Source of the DNA: Bigelowiella natans CCMP2755
Lineage: Eukaryota > Protista > Cercozoa
Length of the DNA: 64,000 bases
Reading direction: 5' to 3'
Assembly (NCBI GenBank): GCA_000320545.1
Contig: ADNK01001387.1
Span: 38,634 to 102,633 of the forward strand
The translations under genes and the position numbers were made by a program. Numbering within the stretch: position 1 is the stretch's first letter; each line of letters opens with the position of its first letter. Positions 35,625 to 48,668 of the stretch are shown piece by piece. Under the pieces are notes generated by a model. That model searched no databases. It saw only the letters and a program-made list of their open reading frames with translations, and was not told where the DNA came from.

Positions 35625-37069
35625 TACACACAGCAGCAGCAGCAGCTATAAGGATATCTTCCCATCATTTATATCAATATACTCCCAATATATGATGATG
35701 ATGATTGAGGTTGACCGGAATGGACAAGAAAAGATGATTAGTATCACAATCGGCGTCTGGAAGCCAGCAAAGGACAAATTGCTGGTAATTAACTAACTAG
35801 AATGAGTATGAAGAAGATAAGACAAACGAATTAAGGAAGTAATGAAGACGACAAGCAGCACCAAGATAATGACATAAATGACAATATACCTTAGTCGAAA
35901 TGAGGAGAAGATAGATATCAAGTAGTATTGAGATGCAGATCATCCTGGTGTCCAATGATGATGATGATAAAGAGAAGCACACTACTACTACTACTACTAC
36001 TACTACTACCCATGCTGCTTGTCTATCTTCTACAGGTAGTCAAAGACGAAACAAATCCGCTGGATGGAACCACTCTAGCAGAGGTGCAAGAAGAACATGA
36101 GAGAGGGGGGGAATTCACCATTATTTGTGTATGATTTTATTGCCTAATGTTGTTTGGTAGATGAACCCTGGTTTGAACGGTGAGTTGGGACTAGATCCAC
36201 AGCTGCAAGGTGTCGTGGTACTCAAGGTCTGTCTGTCATCAACAAACAAAATCAACCAATAATATATAAGTAAATAGGGGGAGGAAGATGCAGAAGAGTG
36301 GAGAGTGAATACTACTACTTCTATGCTACTACTACTACTAACAACAACAACAACAGTAATAATAACAACAACAACAGTAATAATAATAGTCACAATAATA
36401 ACAATAATAATGTCCATCATCGTCATCGTCATCATTATCATCATCATCATCATCATCATCATGCATAAACCACTAATGGACCACTACTACTACCACTATA
36501 AGGTTGCTGGTGGTTCGAGTGCCGCTGGCCTATTCCAGACAGGCGACCGAATCCTAAAGATAGGGACGAGTACGGTATACATTATGATGATCATGATGAT
36601 GATGATCCTGCCGTCTTATCCTATGATGATCAGAGTAACTTCTGCTATTATTTCGGATCTAAATAATGTGTATTGCTACGGATTTTATAAATTGTGTTAC
36701 AATTGTTATCTTTATGGTGATAAATAGATTAAAACACTCGAGGATCTCACCCGTGCAGTCGAGAAGAATATTGGTAAATTATCTGCAGCAACGACGCTGA
36801 AAATTAGGTGATTATATCATCGTTCTCGTGAGCAGTATCATCAATGTTTGTCGGACGACGAATAGTCGTTCGGTCCCCACCTATTTGGTAATGCTGCATG
36901 CGTATAATAACCATCTCTGAAATCAGTTGCTGAAAGAATATTTATCTGCTGCTGCTGCTGCTGCTTCTGCTTCTTCTTCGTCTTATTCACCGTCTTACGT
37001 AGGGTTGCTCGCGGGAGTGTTGTGATCGAGTTCCGCCTTAGCCTCAGGCCGTTGAAGTCAAAACTGTAG
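31627..37069 (+). CDS. DegP/DegQ-type HtrA serine protease (protease + 2 PDZ), no N-terminal signal, C-terminal SKL
   Basis: First ATG after an in-frame stop: [23 protein letters not shown]. Then [14 protein letters not shown] (His), DADC|DLAALRL (Asp), [21 protein letters not shown]|[38 protein letters not shown] (Ser). PDZ1 RPFIGL...DGPAGRAG...DIILKLN; PDZ2 [14 protein letters not shown]|[21 protein letters not shown]. Last exon 37003-37069 reads R|[21 protein letters not shown]. Confidence 0.9.
33323..33433 (+). repeat. Tandem duplication (~55 bp) spanning a 3' splice site in the DegP gene
   Basis: attccactactatacacatccctc...cccatcag|GAATA occurs twice; acceptors open at 33375 and 33429, 54 nt apart. 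Confidence 0.9.
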
Positions 37070-37099
37070 AGGCATAGGGGGGGGGCTCTATCTATCATT

Positions 37100-38100
37100 C
37101 GTCATCATAGAACAAGGCTTGGACAATAAGCGATTACACACTGCTGTGTACAACCACTGGTCCTCGTTGCATGGATTATGCAATAAGTAGTCCATTCAAA
37201 AGAAATCACCTTGCGGTGGATCACCGAATCTTGCACTGGGGTATATGTGGAATTTAGGCAAGGTTGTTACACGATGGTGATGTATAGATGATAGTGATGA
37301 TGATGATGATGATGATGAAATGCAGCAAGCTAGCAAGCAGCATGGCACGCCAGATTATTGTGACAATTAATGATGCGCTTTGACGTACAATGACCGACCA
37401 GGGAGAGGGCGACGCGCCGCCAGGATGCGACGTACGCGACGTACATGCGTGCGCACGTGCATGCAGGGCCTTTATAAGGGGCGGTACAGCGACTGCCTGC
37501 AACATGATCGATGGTGCATGTATATACACATAAGCGCTGTACGTAGCCTCTGCCTTGCATGTACACGTACAGCTTTAACATAGGATGACCAATGCTATAT
37601 GAAAAGATTTAATCACTCATTGTATATCTCTGTCTCATAGATGCATGTTGCTTCTTGCATGCGCGGGCTAGCGCGCGCGAGCGGGGGCGTTTTGTTCGAA
37701 GCAGCGCACATGTACGGTTGGCGGTTACGTTACATGCATATTGTGATTGCACGTACAGCCTAACTAGCTAGCTAGCACACATTAACACATGTAGACACAT
37801 TGAATGATCGAAGCAACATCCGCTCGCGGCAGCTGTTGATTAATGTTCCTATGACAGACACTCTATCTACGCAAAACTAGAAAAGCGTACACACACACAC
37901 ACACACACACACATACGCACTATCACATGTGGATCCCATTGTATGTACAGATGCATCTGGATTATTTGCATGGTACATGCATGCAACAAGTAGTTTGAAG
38001 CTCAAGACTCGTGAACTTTTTCGCCGTGCATGTAGTTTGAAGCTCAAGACTCGTGAACTTTTTCGCCTCCAAACAAGTGCGTTAATTTTATTTGTTTTTC
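37100..38100. other. TG/CA/CG-rich tract downstream of DegP
   Basis: Contains gtacgcgacgtacatgcgtgcgcacgtgcatgca, ctagctagctagc and similar words. Confidence 0.65.
37990..38067 (+). repeat. Perfect 36-bp direct repeat x2 separated by 6 bp
   Basis: gtagtttgaagctcaagactcgtgaactttttcgcc at 37990-38025 and 38032-38067. Confidence 0.95.
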
Positions 38101-38173
38101 ATGTTTACGCACGGATAAAACATCCTGTATGCAATTATCATAATTATATATCATTTATCTAACTAACATATCA

Positions 38174-38721
38174 TCATTCCTCGCTGTTACTACTACTACT
38201 ACAGCTGCTCTCTGAGGCCCTCCGTCGCTTCCTTGGACTAACGTTCCCGTTGGCAAACTTACTCGGTACCATAATTTCATCACTCAAGACAGACCGTTTG
38301 AGTAACTTACTCACGGCATGTATCTGAATCGTGGAGTAAATATATGTTATTTCATCGGTTACCCAGCATCACAGAAAGAGTGCCGACAATGTCACTATTA
38401 TTACGATAGTTGGTATGGAATTTAGAGTTATTATTCTAGGAATTAATATTAGGTTTGATACAAATAGACGACAGGTAAGCATAATAAATAAATCTTTATT
38501 CTTATTGTTCTTTTTCTACCGAGTTCGCACCCCCAGTCCTTCCACGGCAAACACGCCCCGCTGAACCTCCAAAATGCATCTTTTCATTAATTTCTTGCTT
38601 TTTGGGCTCATCGAATGAGCTTTCAGACTTCCGAAGACGACGATTCAGCATAGTTGAATGAAGCGGCCTATATTTCGAATTATCAAGGATGATTATGTTC
38701 TAGCCTTATTATTATTATCGA

Positions 38722-38757
<36 letters not shown>

Positions 38758-39654
38758 TACTACTCGCAATTTGTGAACAGCCAACCACCTTGCGAATATG
38801 TCAGGGGACATTGGCGGTGATACTACTTCATTTGAGAGTAGTGGTGGGGACACCCGTGCCTCAGACAGCGGGCTGAGTTGGATTTGCTGGTGCGCTGGAT
38901 TCGGCCTCGCATTGTCATATTTATAGTGCTGGCTGCTGTGTAGATGATGATGGTCAGAGCGATGACTCACCACCATCGATGTTTGATGCTGATGATCCTG
39001 GGTACTGCACCGAATGGTGGAGAATGAAGTTGGGGGTTCAGGGGTGTTTCTTGGAGCTTCAATATCTAAAAAGTGATGATGTCAGAAGAAGACAAGGTGT
39101 GAAAGAATGCAAGCTCACTGACGAATTGATGATGGCGAAGAATCATCCATCCGAGGTTGTGTCCAAAATGCACGCCACCGAGTCATAAGAGAACTACAAA
39201 TCTCAGTGATATACTGAGAGTTGCTAGTATAGAATGATATGTCCGCATGCTCCGGACTATTTGTGAGAAAATGATGAACCTGCTACAGCGTACAATGAAT
39301 AATATTGTTCAAGAGGGTGCTGAAGTAGTAGCAACCTGAGAGTGTTTGGTGGACAATACAACTGGATTGAAAACTGCGATACAGACTATGATCAAGCCGT
39401 ATATCCTATATCTCCTTCTTCCCACTCCAAAAGGATTCTGTTTATCGAGCAGCCTTGTCCCCCCTCCTCCCGCCATTTTCTCGTGCTGCGAACGTACCAG
39501 CGAATCTGCCGTTCAATTGGAAGACAAATGCCCTTGGTTTTATCATCGCGTCTTGCTTATTTTGAGGAAAAATCAATAATCTGGACGTGTTTCCCGCCTT
39601 TCCAAACACATTTGTAAAAAATACGAGGGCTTGATTGTAAAAATCCGCCTGCAT
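38174..39654 (-). CDS. Hypothetical multi-exon protein (low complexity); 5' end uncertain
   Basis: Phase-consistent chain of three 3' exons: SQHYKYDNARPN...PDIFAR|PLHSTMLNRRLRKSESSFDEPKK...GGANS|IHAVSKLLKRSVLSDEIMVPSKF...NSEE* (stop 38174). Upstream exons are less certain, and a competing + strand reading exists at 38979-39188. Confidence 0.45.
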
Positions 39655-39809
39655 TTGTTTATTGAATATTGGTGCGACAAGAGAAATTATTACGAAATGA
39701 AAAGGAGCCCGGCATCTCTTTCTGTAGAAGTAACGTAGTTGTAACGGCGTACTACGACAAACCACGAACCACCCACTCCTCAAAGGCTCAAAGGACGACT
39801 TCAAAACAA

Positions 39810-40257
39810 ATGGCTTCCCGCGAAGTTGTGTCGTTATTGCACCCCCCTCAGAGATCTCCCCATCATAGCGGCGGAATTTCCACGAAATGGGTGGTACCAT
39901 AAATCCAATTTAGAAGGCAAAAATATCCTTTTCTGGATAGCTATTATTACATATTTTGCTGCTTCATAACGATGATAATCATCGTAACCAAATACATACG
40001 GTATCTTGCGTTTTTGTGTAAAAACTTAATCCTGTGAGTTTATAACTTCTGAAATGATTGAATCACGCTCTTTCAGCATCGTCAACAACAACAACAACAA
40101 CATCAACAACAGTGGTCGCTAAATTACGACTCGGGTCGGAGTTATCAACCACTGCCACCATCTTCAGCGCCATCAGGCCGTACGATCGAAGTTATCGGTG
40201 CATTTCCTTCGCTTGTACATCTTCATAAAGCGTGGTCTTCCTACCAGGTAACGATAG

Positions 40258-40327
<70 letters not shown>

Positions 40328-40875
40328 ACTTAATTTCTGACGGAGCCACCACCCTTGAGTACTGTTGTGCGGTGTTAGTGGTTACAAAGTGTATCGATAA
40401 GAGCTTGCTTCATTTTTCTGAGTTCATCGGCAAAACCATTTACTTAATGTTGCTGTTTTTAAACATATTATTTATTTCAATAATTAATTTTATTATAATT
40501 ATTATTGTTATATATCTAGAGCTGGATCGATGTCAATCAGGATGTACGCTCTCAAGAGTTTTGCGATCTTCAGCAGAAGTTAGATCAGCAAGTAGCAGGT
40601 GATGACAATTATCTCATAACTGTTCCCCATATATACATTTGATGTAAAGGAAACTACAATTACGTACAATGATGAATTATTTGCTCGTGTTTCGATATGT
40701 TTGTGTATAAATCCAAGAATACTAGAAATATGGTAAAATAATAACACACACTTTTGATTCAGCTCTCGCATCATCGCCACTGAAGGATAAATCAAAGGTG
40801 CACATAGTACTACTACAAGATCCGATAAAAAATAAAGTTCAGGAGGAGTCTTGTGCTGACTGTTACAAATAACCT

Positions 40876-40913
<38 letters not shown>

Positions 40914-40915
40914 TC

Positions 40916-40947
<32 letters not shown>

Positions 40948-41308
40948 ATGCTTTAAGAAAGTGTCAGACTATCTTCCTTTTTTCCTTATGGCTTATCTGT
41001 TGTAGAGCAAGTTCCCTTTACCTTCAACAACAGAGGCGACACTACCACAGCCGCCATTACACCCCATGATAAATAAACTGCTACCCTCGGGGGAAAAGAA
41101 GCAACCTCATGATCTCTCCGAATTCAGAGCGACAGCAATGGTTGGAAGTCACGTAGTAGTAGTCTGCGTAGGGTTGATTTCTGCATGATATGTAGCTGCA
41201 GCATGGTATATTGATATATATAACAGTATCACTTAGAGGAGGAGTAGTTAACGGGAGTAATGTTTTTACTGGGCGATTTTTGTTCAAACTCCTCGAATGA
41301 AAAATACG

Positions 41309-41348
<40 letters not shown>

Positions 41349-42235
41349 TTGGGTAGAATTAAGTGTAAGCTCTCTCGTGCTTCTTACTTGCATAGATTCA
41401 TGAAGGAGAAAGAAACCTCGAGGGTTTGCCACCGAGCAACAACCGTGAGGCTGAATGGAAACGTCGAGGATCGCTGATAACTTCACAACAACGGTCACCA
41501 GAAGGTGCTGGTAATGATGCTGCTGTCGTTCTGGGGGATAATGACTACGGTTCAAGATTCACTACTATTGAAGATAAAAAGCGTCTCTACCAACAGCAGC
41601 AACGAATAAGTAGCAAGCATTACACCCCTACTACTACTACCATATATCCAACACCAACTCCTACGACTATTGTCGCTACCGCTACTACCGCTACCACCCC
41701 TTCTAGGATTCCCCCATCCCATGAAAAACAACAAAATTACCATTACACCAATTTTAAGCAAAATCATGCTGGTAGTACCAGAAGAAGGGAAAACAGCTAC
41801 AATCTTCAAAGTGGGGGAGGAGGAGGAGGAGGAATATATTGTGGAAACCTCTACAGCCAGCATCCTCAGCACCTAGGGCAGCAACAGCGACATCAGGAAT
41901 GGCATCAACAGGATTTTGCCTCAAAACCTAACCAGCAGTCTATTAGACGAGGAAGACCATCACCACCACCACCACCACCACCTCAATCAAGATTTCATCA
42001 CCATGCTGTCCAATTTCAACAAAATAATGCTCAACAAATAGCGCCAGTTATCAATAACAGACGTGATCGTAGCACCATCAGCATAGGAAATAACAGCAAT
42101 TGGTTCAGGCACGGTAATCCAGAGCGAAATCCCCGCGAGGAGACTAAAGGACCAAGTTTGGTTGACGTGGAAGGAAAATATCAAGCAATGAGGCAAGATG
42201 GCACAAGGTATAATTTCATCCGTCCCATTGCATAG
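39810..42235 (+). CDS. Hypothetical Gln/Pro/Ser-rich protein
   Basis: MASREVV...STKW|HRQQQ...WSSYQ (exon 40077-40247, 57 codons, both splice sites phase 0)|SWIDVNQDVRSQEFCDLQQKLDQQVA|ALASSPLKDKSK|SKFPLP...; final exon is ORF 41426-42235. No domain recognised. Confidence 0.6.
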
Positions 42236-42365
42236 GATAACATTAAGATTATAAGATTGGAGATGCCGATGATATGATGATGATAGCCAACCACAAAGAC
42301 AAGAATGTAGCATTTTGTTGTACTCGTTGAACTTTTCACTCTTGTGTGTAACCCCGTTTGTGCTT

Positions 42366-42416
<51 letters not shown>

Positions 42417-42559
42417 CGTTCCGTTCTTCCCCCCTCTCCGCCTCTTTCAAATTTTCTCCACTATCTTCATTTCTCGATAGTTATCCATGGCTCCCTGACA
42501 ACACGGTTCATCGTGGGTTTTACTAAGCAAACAAAGTGAAGAACTTAATTCCTATATTG

Positions 42560-43270
42560 ACACAAGCATTCCTTGCTTGATCAGCATGTGATGAGCAGTA
42601 GAATGGCATTCATGAAATCCCATGGATTACACATGCACGTAGATTTCATGATCACCATGGACACAATGCAACGTTCACACCATGCAGGGTCTACATGATG
42701 TGTGCACTGCTGCATGAATGTGTGTAGCGTCACAGTGATGATCGATGATGATGCGCAAATGGCTAGCTCCTACTGTGGCTTTTCACACGCATGATGTGCG
42801 CCCCGTGCGGTGCGTGCACATGTCGCAACGCACATGACCATGTTGCCGATCGAAACTGGCGCGTACGACGACGACGGCACACGCTACACCATGCCACGTG
42901 CACAGAAACAGCTTTGCATTGATGACAGCTACGCATGTAGCGGTGTCGTGGTTTATTTGGTCGTGCGAAGACTTCTCTAATAAGCTTTTCAAAGCTATTA
43001 CACGTAGAGACATTGTGTAGCTAGATAGACAAAATCCAGCTCTAGAAAGCTCTATAAATGCTCATCGTGGAGCGCAGCTGTTACTTTGTTTCGATCAAAG
43101 GTTTGACTTGCTCGAAACACACGCTGGTTAATAAACATGGCACATCATTTGCCTTATCGCAGCAGCAGTCATTCACAGCGCCACATGTAGCCATGAAGAA
43201 TTCAACAAGCACTATGCTCGTACATTTTACCGTGGTTGCTAACACATGAAGGGGTCTAGATCATGACGAT
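42560..43270. other. TG/CA-rich tract at a convergent junction
   Basis: Between stops 42235 (+) and 43529 (-); rich in catgca, cacatg and gtgcac. Confidence 0.65.
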
Positions 43271-43528
43271 GAAGCTTAGAGTTTCAATAAACCTCAAGAT
43301 TGTGAACGCTGGACCAAAAGTTCGTGCCTTTTTTGCATTTTTTGGCACAAAAAGATCTTAGCAGAAACTTCCCGCCCCCCTTTTTAATTGGAATGAACAG
43401 TCCAACGTTCGAGTGCGTAGGGCAAATTTAATCACAGATCGGTAGAACTACATGGATAATCTACAAAGCATTGCACCCTTGAAACCACGAGCGAGTGAAG
43501 TAGCTGGAAGGACACAAAGAACTTCACA

Positions 43529-45897
43529 CTACATGTCATCGAAGTCGTCGTCGTCATCGTCCCCTTCATTAAATTCAAGACTGCCCCCAAAATCATTTTC
43601 ATGGATTACCTGAATATAAAGATGGAATACTACTTTTATATCCTGAAAGAGATATCTTCGAAAAAATTAAAAGAGTCGGTAATAAGAGAATCTCAATTTT
43701 TCTCACCTCCTCGCGTGTATTTTGAGTAATCCTTGTTGACATCGCCGCTAATATGTTCGACTTCCTGCGCGACGATGATGATGATGATGATGCCTAATAA
43801 GAAGAAAAGACTCATTTTCTTATTTCTCCGCCCCCCCTCTCCCCTCTCTTTTTCACCCCCCCTCCACACACACAAACACACACTCACTCACTCACTCACA
43901 CTCACACTCACACTCACACACATTTCAATTGACCCACTAAGAGAAAAAATAGCAGTACCAAAAGTGTCAATTACCTTCAACATGGATTCATTTACTTCCC
44001 ATTGGTCGCCTTCTTCGTCCTTTGTTACCTCTAATCCCCGCTCAGGGTCAAAATCAAAACCTTGAGATGTTCAGATTGACGATACATCACATGATCCCAT
44101 CCGACAAAAATAAATAACAATTCGACAATATGCGTATCACGAGGCATAAGGAATTCAGTATTTTAAGCAAACAAAATAATAGATTTTTAAATGTTTTTGG
44201 AGGAAAGAAAACAAACCTTCACCGTCTATAATTCAGTATTTTAAGCAAACAAAATAATAGATTTTTAAATGTTTTGGGAGAAAAGAAAACAAACCTTCAC
44301 CGTCTCCAAGTTTTGGGGTTACATTTTTCTTGTTGAGGTTCCTATCATCACCATCAGCCTCTACTAGCTTCGGCCCTGATAATCTGTACCAGAATATATT
44401 TGTTATGTTCCTCCTCTTCCCCATAGAAACATAGCTATTGCAAAAACAAAACAAGTATACTACAACCCATAGTTGTTTCCATATTTACCTACGCAATAAT
44501 GCAATGCAGTGATGTTGTAATCAAATACATGATGAGCAATTAACCGAGATTCACTCTCTTGTCGTCTTAATGCTGTTCCTGTTTGTCCAAGATTATAGCG
44601 AGGAGGCTTTGAAGAGTTTGATGTTGCTGCTACTCCATTCTTGGGAGGAGTCATATTCTTTGCTTTCATCTGCCTAAAGGAAGAAACGTCGTACAGAATG
44701 TCATTGCAAAAGAATGATGATGATGATGATGATGATGAAAATCCGGGAAAACCAAGAGAGTTCATCGATCATTACGATTATTTCATTCAAAATTGTACAA
44801 TCTGACTTCTTCATAACCCTATTACTTTCTTCTCGAGAAGGTTGCACCGCCTCCTAAAATTCCTCCAAGTCCAATTCTTCCAGCACCAAATCCTAATCCC
44901 CCTTCATCTACAGATGATGCTACAGATGATGCTTTGTCTGATGCCGAACCATGCTGCTAAAAACAACGTTGCGGATGTAAGTAAGCATTTTGCAAATACT
45001 ACTTACTACTACTACTACTACTACTACTACTATTTACAATAATTCGTTCAATATTGATTGGTGATCGAAGATTGGCTCTCATTACTACCATAGTATTTTC
45101 CTCCTCCTCCTCTTGTAATATCTCTGCCCCAGGATTGAAAGAAAAGGATGGGTCACCATTGTGAACTTTTGGCAATTTCTTAGATGATGGTGATAATGAT
45201 GACGTCGTCTCCGTGGTAGCGGGATGATCATTCTTGCCCTCCTCCCTGTCAAAGCCTATATTCGTCTCAGACAGCAACGTTTTGTGGGTTGTAAAAGAAT
45301 CAATTCTTGGAGGTGCTGCTGCTGCTGCATTTTCGTTGATGTCATCCTCTTTTGCATCATCGTTATCATCATCATCATCGTCGCGTCGCCCTCGAAGAAC
45401 ATTAGTATCTTGTCCGTGGTAATAGCTCTGCTCAAGCGCTTTCTCCTTCTTCTGCTTCATCTTAAAATCATTCCTCCTCATGAATATTTGTGGTTGTTGT
45501 TTCTCCTTCGAAGTGCTGCTACTTTTAGCCTCAGGCAACTCCTAAAGGCAGCATGCAACCAACACATTATTTTCAATAAACTCATTACCAGTTGGCCTTT
45601 CACGATGATTAATGTGCTTTACTCCTACCTCAAATGTATTTGTTCTTGATGTTGGTGAGTTCTCTGGCGACACCAAATCCAGGCTCTCATCCCCGTTTGC
45701 GCTCGCTAACTGACTATAGACATCGTCGATTGGTGGTTTAGCTGTGTGGCCATTATTAATGCCTTCCACCGTATTTTGACCCTCATCGAAGCGCACAGAA
45801 GATCCAGGTTGACGGGTTTGTTTGGTAAGGTGTGGTGAGCGATTATTTAACGGATTATTCGCAGATGGGCCTCCATCTGTTAGTAAGTCGAGGTAGC

Positions 45898-45931
<34 letters not shown>

Positions 45932-47805
45932 TGGACATGTTTAGAAGCTCAAGTTAGAGATGTGTTTTTGAGCAAGAATTGGTGTGTTTAATATAAGGAA
46001 AGATTGTGCTTTGTGTAATAAAGTATAATCATAGATACCGGTGCGACCTCCTTCTTTCTGGAGAGGTGACGGCGACAAAATTTGGTGAGGTGTTCCATCC
46101 AAGCTTTTGACTATCCGTGGACTTTCAATTTTGATTGGAACGGCGGAGTTATTGTTCCCGTACACTACATTGTTTTCCTTACCGTTGTCATTTGGATAAT
46201 CGACCTGAATCTGCTGAAATAGAGGCTGTTAGAACTGAAAAGGTGATGCATTTAAAATACCATCGTCATCATAATCACACCTCTTCTTCCTGCCCAGATG
46301 ATTCTTTATGCATTGCTACTTGATTTTCCCCCTGTGGCTTATGATATGCTGCTTGGAACGTCCTATGCTTCATATCAACAGCCGACCTTCCACCACTTCT
46401 TCTTGATGATCTTCCCTGCTGCTGCTGCTGCTGCTGCTGGAACAACAAATCACGATCATCACCTACAGCTTCAGACGAAGACGACATTATGATCTTCGGT
46501 GCAGCACTTTGGGAACGCCGTTGATGATGATGGAAAGATGATGATTTGTTTGGATCTCCATCTGTCGTCATTATTCCTCTTGCTTGTGCGGTGACGGTAT
46601 CCCCCAGCCTTTCCCAATGAGCTTTATCTTTCTCCAAAGGCACTCTGTACTCACTTCCTGCTGCGGGTATATATGGCCTTCGCAATAACGACGTCTGCTG
46701 TTGATTGTTCTTGCCGTTATTCTGGGGCGGCTGCTTTCTGATGATGGTAGAAGGTTCACTTTGTGCTCCTCGCATACCCATCATCATAGCTTGGTTTTGC
46801 AGGCTTTGAATATATGATTTTGATTCATCAGATGGTATTTGATGATGTTGGTGTTTCAATTTTTGTGGAACATTTTGGCCTTGTCCAAAACCCCTTTTTT
46901 GCTCTTCCAATAACATTTCTGAACGTTCTGCGTGGGCCTGGGCTAGAAAGCGACGTCGGTTTGTGTGGTTCTCGTGTGCAAGCTTTAGTGCCTGATTTCG
47001 AAGCTGCTCATCACGAATGCCATCAAGCAGTCTTCGAGCCATCATTTCATTCTCCATCTAGATAGACCAACCATTTCTTAATTTCAGATATTGAGGTGAT
47101 GGTGGTTTAAATCAATGAAGTTCTAAGTACTTGATATCTTGCGCTTATTTCTTGCTGATATTCAGCACGACGGACTCTGAGTTGCTCCTACATACATAAT
47201 AGCAAAGCATCGTTTGGGAATTGGGCAAGAAACTGGAACAGAAATTCGTTGTTCTTTATAAAGGAAGGCGTGACCTCCCATCGTTCACGGGCTTTTGCAT
47301 AATCTACTGCAGCTTGATTGTTCTTCCGAAGGGCGATAGTAGCTTGCTCAAAGTCCTGTTGGATTGGTGTGTGGGAGGAGGAGGAGGAGGAGGAGGAGGA
47401 GGAGGAGGAGGAGGAGGAGGAGGAGGAGGAGGATGAGGAGGAGGAGGAGGGGGAGTCCTTGAAAAATCTTCTCATTCTCTGCTGTAAATCAAATTCTGAA
47501 CCTTCATCCTTCGCTCTACTCGTCGTTGCTCGTGCTGTTGCCAGCGACTAGAAAGCACAGATACAGCCCTCACATAACGATCTTGCTGTTCTTTCAATTC
47601 CCTATCGAGTTCAAGTTCCCTGGTAGTAGAAATTAGTGTATTTGATTATGTTGACACGATGTGATCATCGCTAGCAATGTACGCTGCAGTCTGATATACT
47701 ACCGGCGGGAGGACATTCGCATGGAATGGATAAGATTCTCACATCTTGATATCGAGTGGGTGCACATTGCTTGAATCTGTAATGAAGACGAAGGATGAAA
47801 TTATT

Positions 47806-47879
<74 letters not shown>

Positions 47880-48668
47880 ATATCTCTCCCATCCTTTCCT
47901 GCTTAATATACATCTTGTTGCTTCAAAGCACTAGCTCTCCGCTGCTTCTCCTTTGCTTCCTTCCTTAGCTCTTTCACACGTTCCTGCAAACATTAACATG
48001 GTAATTTCCTCCGCTCGAAATTGAAGAGTTGTAACTCGGCAACATACATCTTCCCAGCGACGCATTTCCGACTTCTTTTCCAATAATTGAAGTTGATTTG
48101 TGATCTGAACAAAATTAGCGCAAGTAATCTGCTGGGATGCAGTCCACATCTATAGATCAGAAATCTCACCACCTTTGTTCTTAGAAGTTGTAAAGTTTCA
48201 GAGTCCTGTTGGTATTGTAGTGCCATCTGCATTATGGCTTTGGGTCCACCATCCCTGCCCCCACTTCCTGCCATTTTGTACAGTATCTAGTTGCTTATTG
48301 AAATGGGATTCTTATTGGAAGTTCAAAGGGAATCCAGTCGAAGTAGTCACTAAAAAGCACCACGCCCTGCTTATATTATTGTTATTGTGCTTCCATCATC
48401 GTGGGGAGCTCCTAGACTAGGTTGCCGTTATGATTTCCTGAATGTCATTGTTATGTTGTTATTATTTACCATTTTCCTCCTTTTGGTATGTCTCTCCTAT
48501 TTTCCCCCCTCTTTTTGCCAGTTTCTCTCTAAATGTCCCTCTCAAAATGGGGTTTACACGCTGCGTCATGCCTTCTGAGGAACTTCTACTGAAAATAGCA
48601 TGTCTCTCTTCAGAGAATCTCATTTCCCGCGATTTTTTGCTTGGAAACGAAATAGGAACATGCTTCAT
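43529..48668 (-). CDS. Large hypothetical coiled-coil / low-complexity protein
   Basis: Phase-consistent exons MKHVPIS...KEENG|SGGRDGGPKAIMQMALQ...LLRTK|ITNQLQLLEKKSEMRRWED|IQAMCTHSISRCENL...|ELELDRELKEQQDRY; ORFs 46275 and 44999; last exon ...EGDDDDDDFDDM* (43529). Confidence 0.65.
44152..44305 (-). repeat. 76-bp tandem duplication (2 mismatches) of an exon end plus 5' splice site
   Basis: Copies at 44152-44227 and 44230-44305; on the - strand each carries GACGGTGAAG|gtttgt. Confidence 0.92.

Larger units (their letters stand above)
25640..37000. repeat. Introns densely filled with (TAC)n, (CAT)n, (GAG)n, (CAG)n, (AAT)n, (AT)n, (CA)n and (CT)n microsatellites
   Basis: Seen directly in most introns of the ACAD and DegP genes; similar at 43700-48000 and 50600-55150. 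Confidence 0.9.

Noticed and set aside
25640-37600. Many ORFs with poly-I, -Y, -H, -L, -M, -S or -E runs
   Set aside because: These are translations of intronic trinucleotide microsatellites; the true exons lie between them.
37990-38067. 36-bp repeat as a CRISPR array
   Set aside because: Only two copies, a 6-bp gap, no cas genes, and a eukaryotic context.
38205-39410. Plus-strand upstream extension of the 39810 gene
   Set aside because: Individual fragments are open, but all three + frames hit stops around 38520-38700 and I could not build a phase-consistent chain. Not fully excluded.
39442-39900. 152-aa minus ORF as a complete single-exon gene from ATG 39900
   Set aside because: It overlaps the better-supported + exon starting at 39810 and contains internal splice signals; only its downstream part may be coding.
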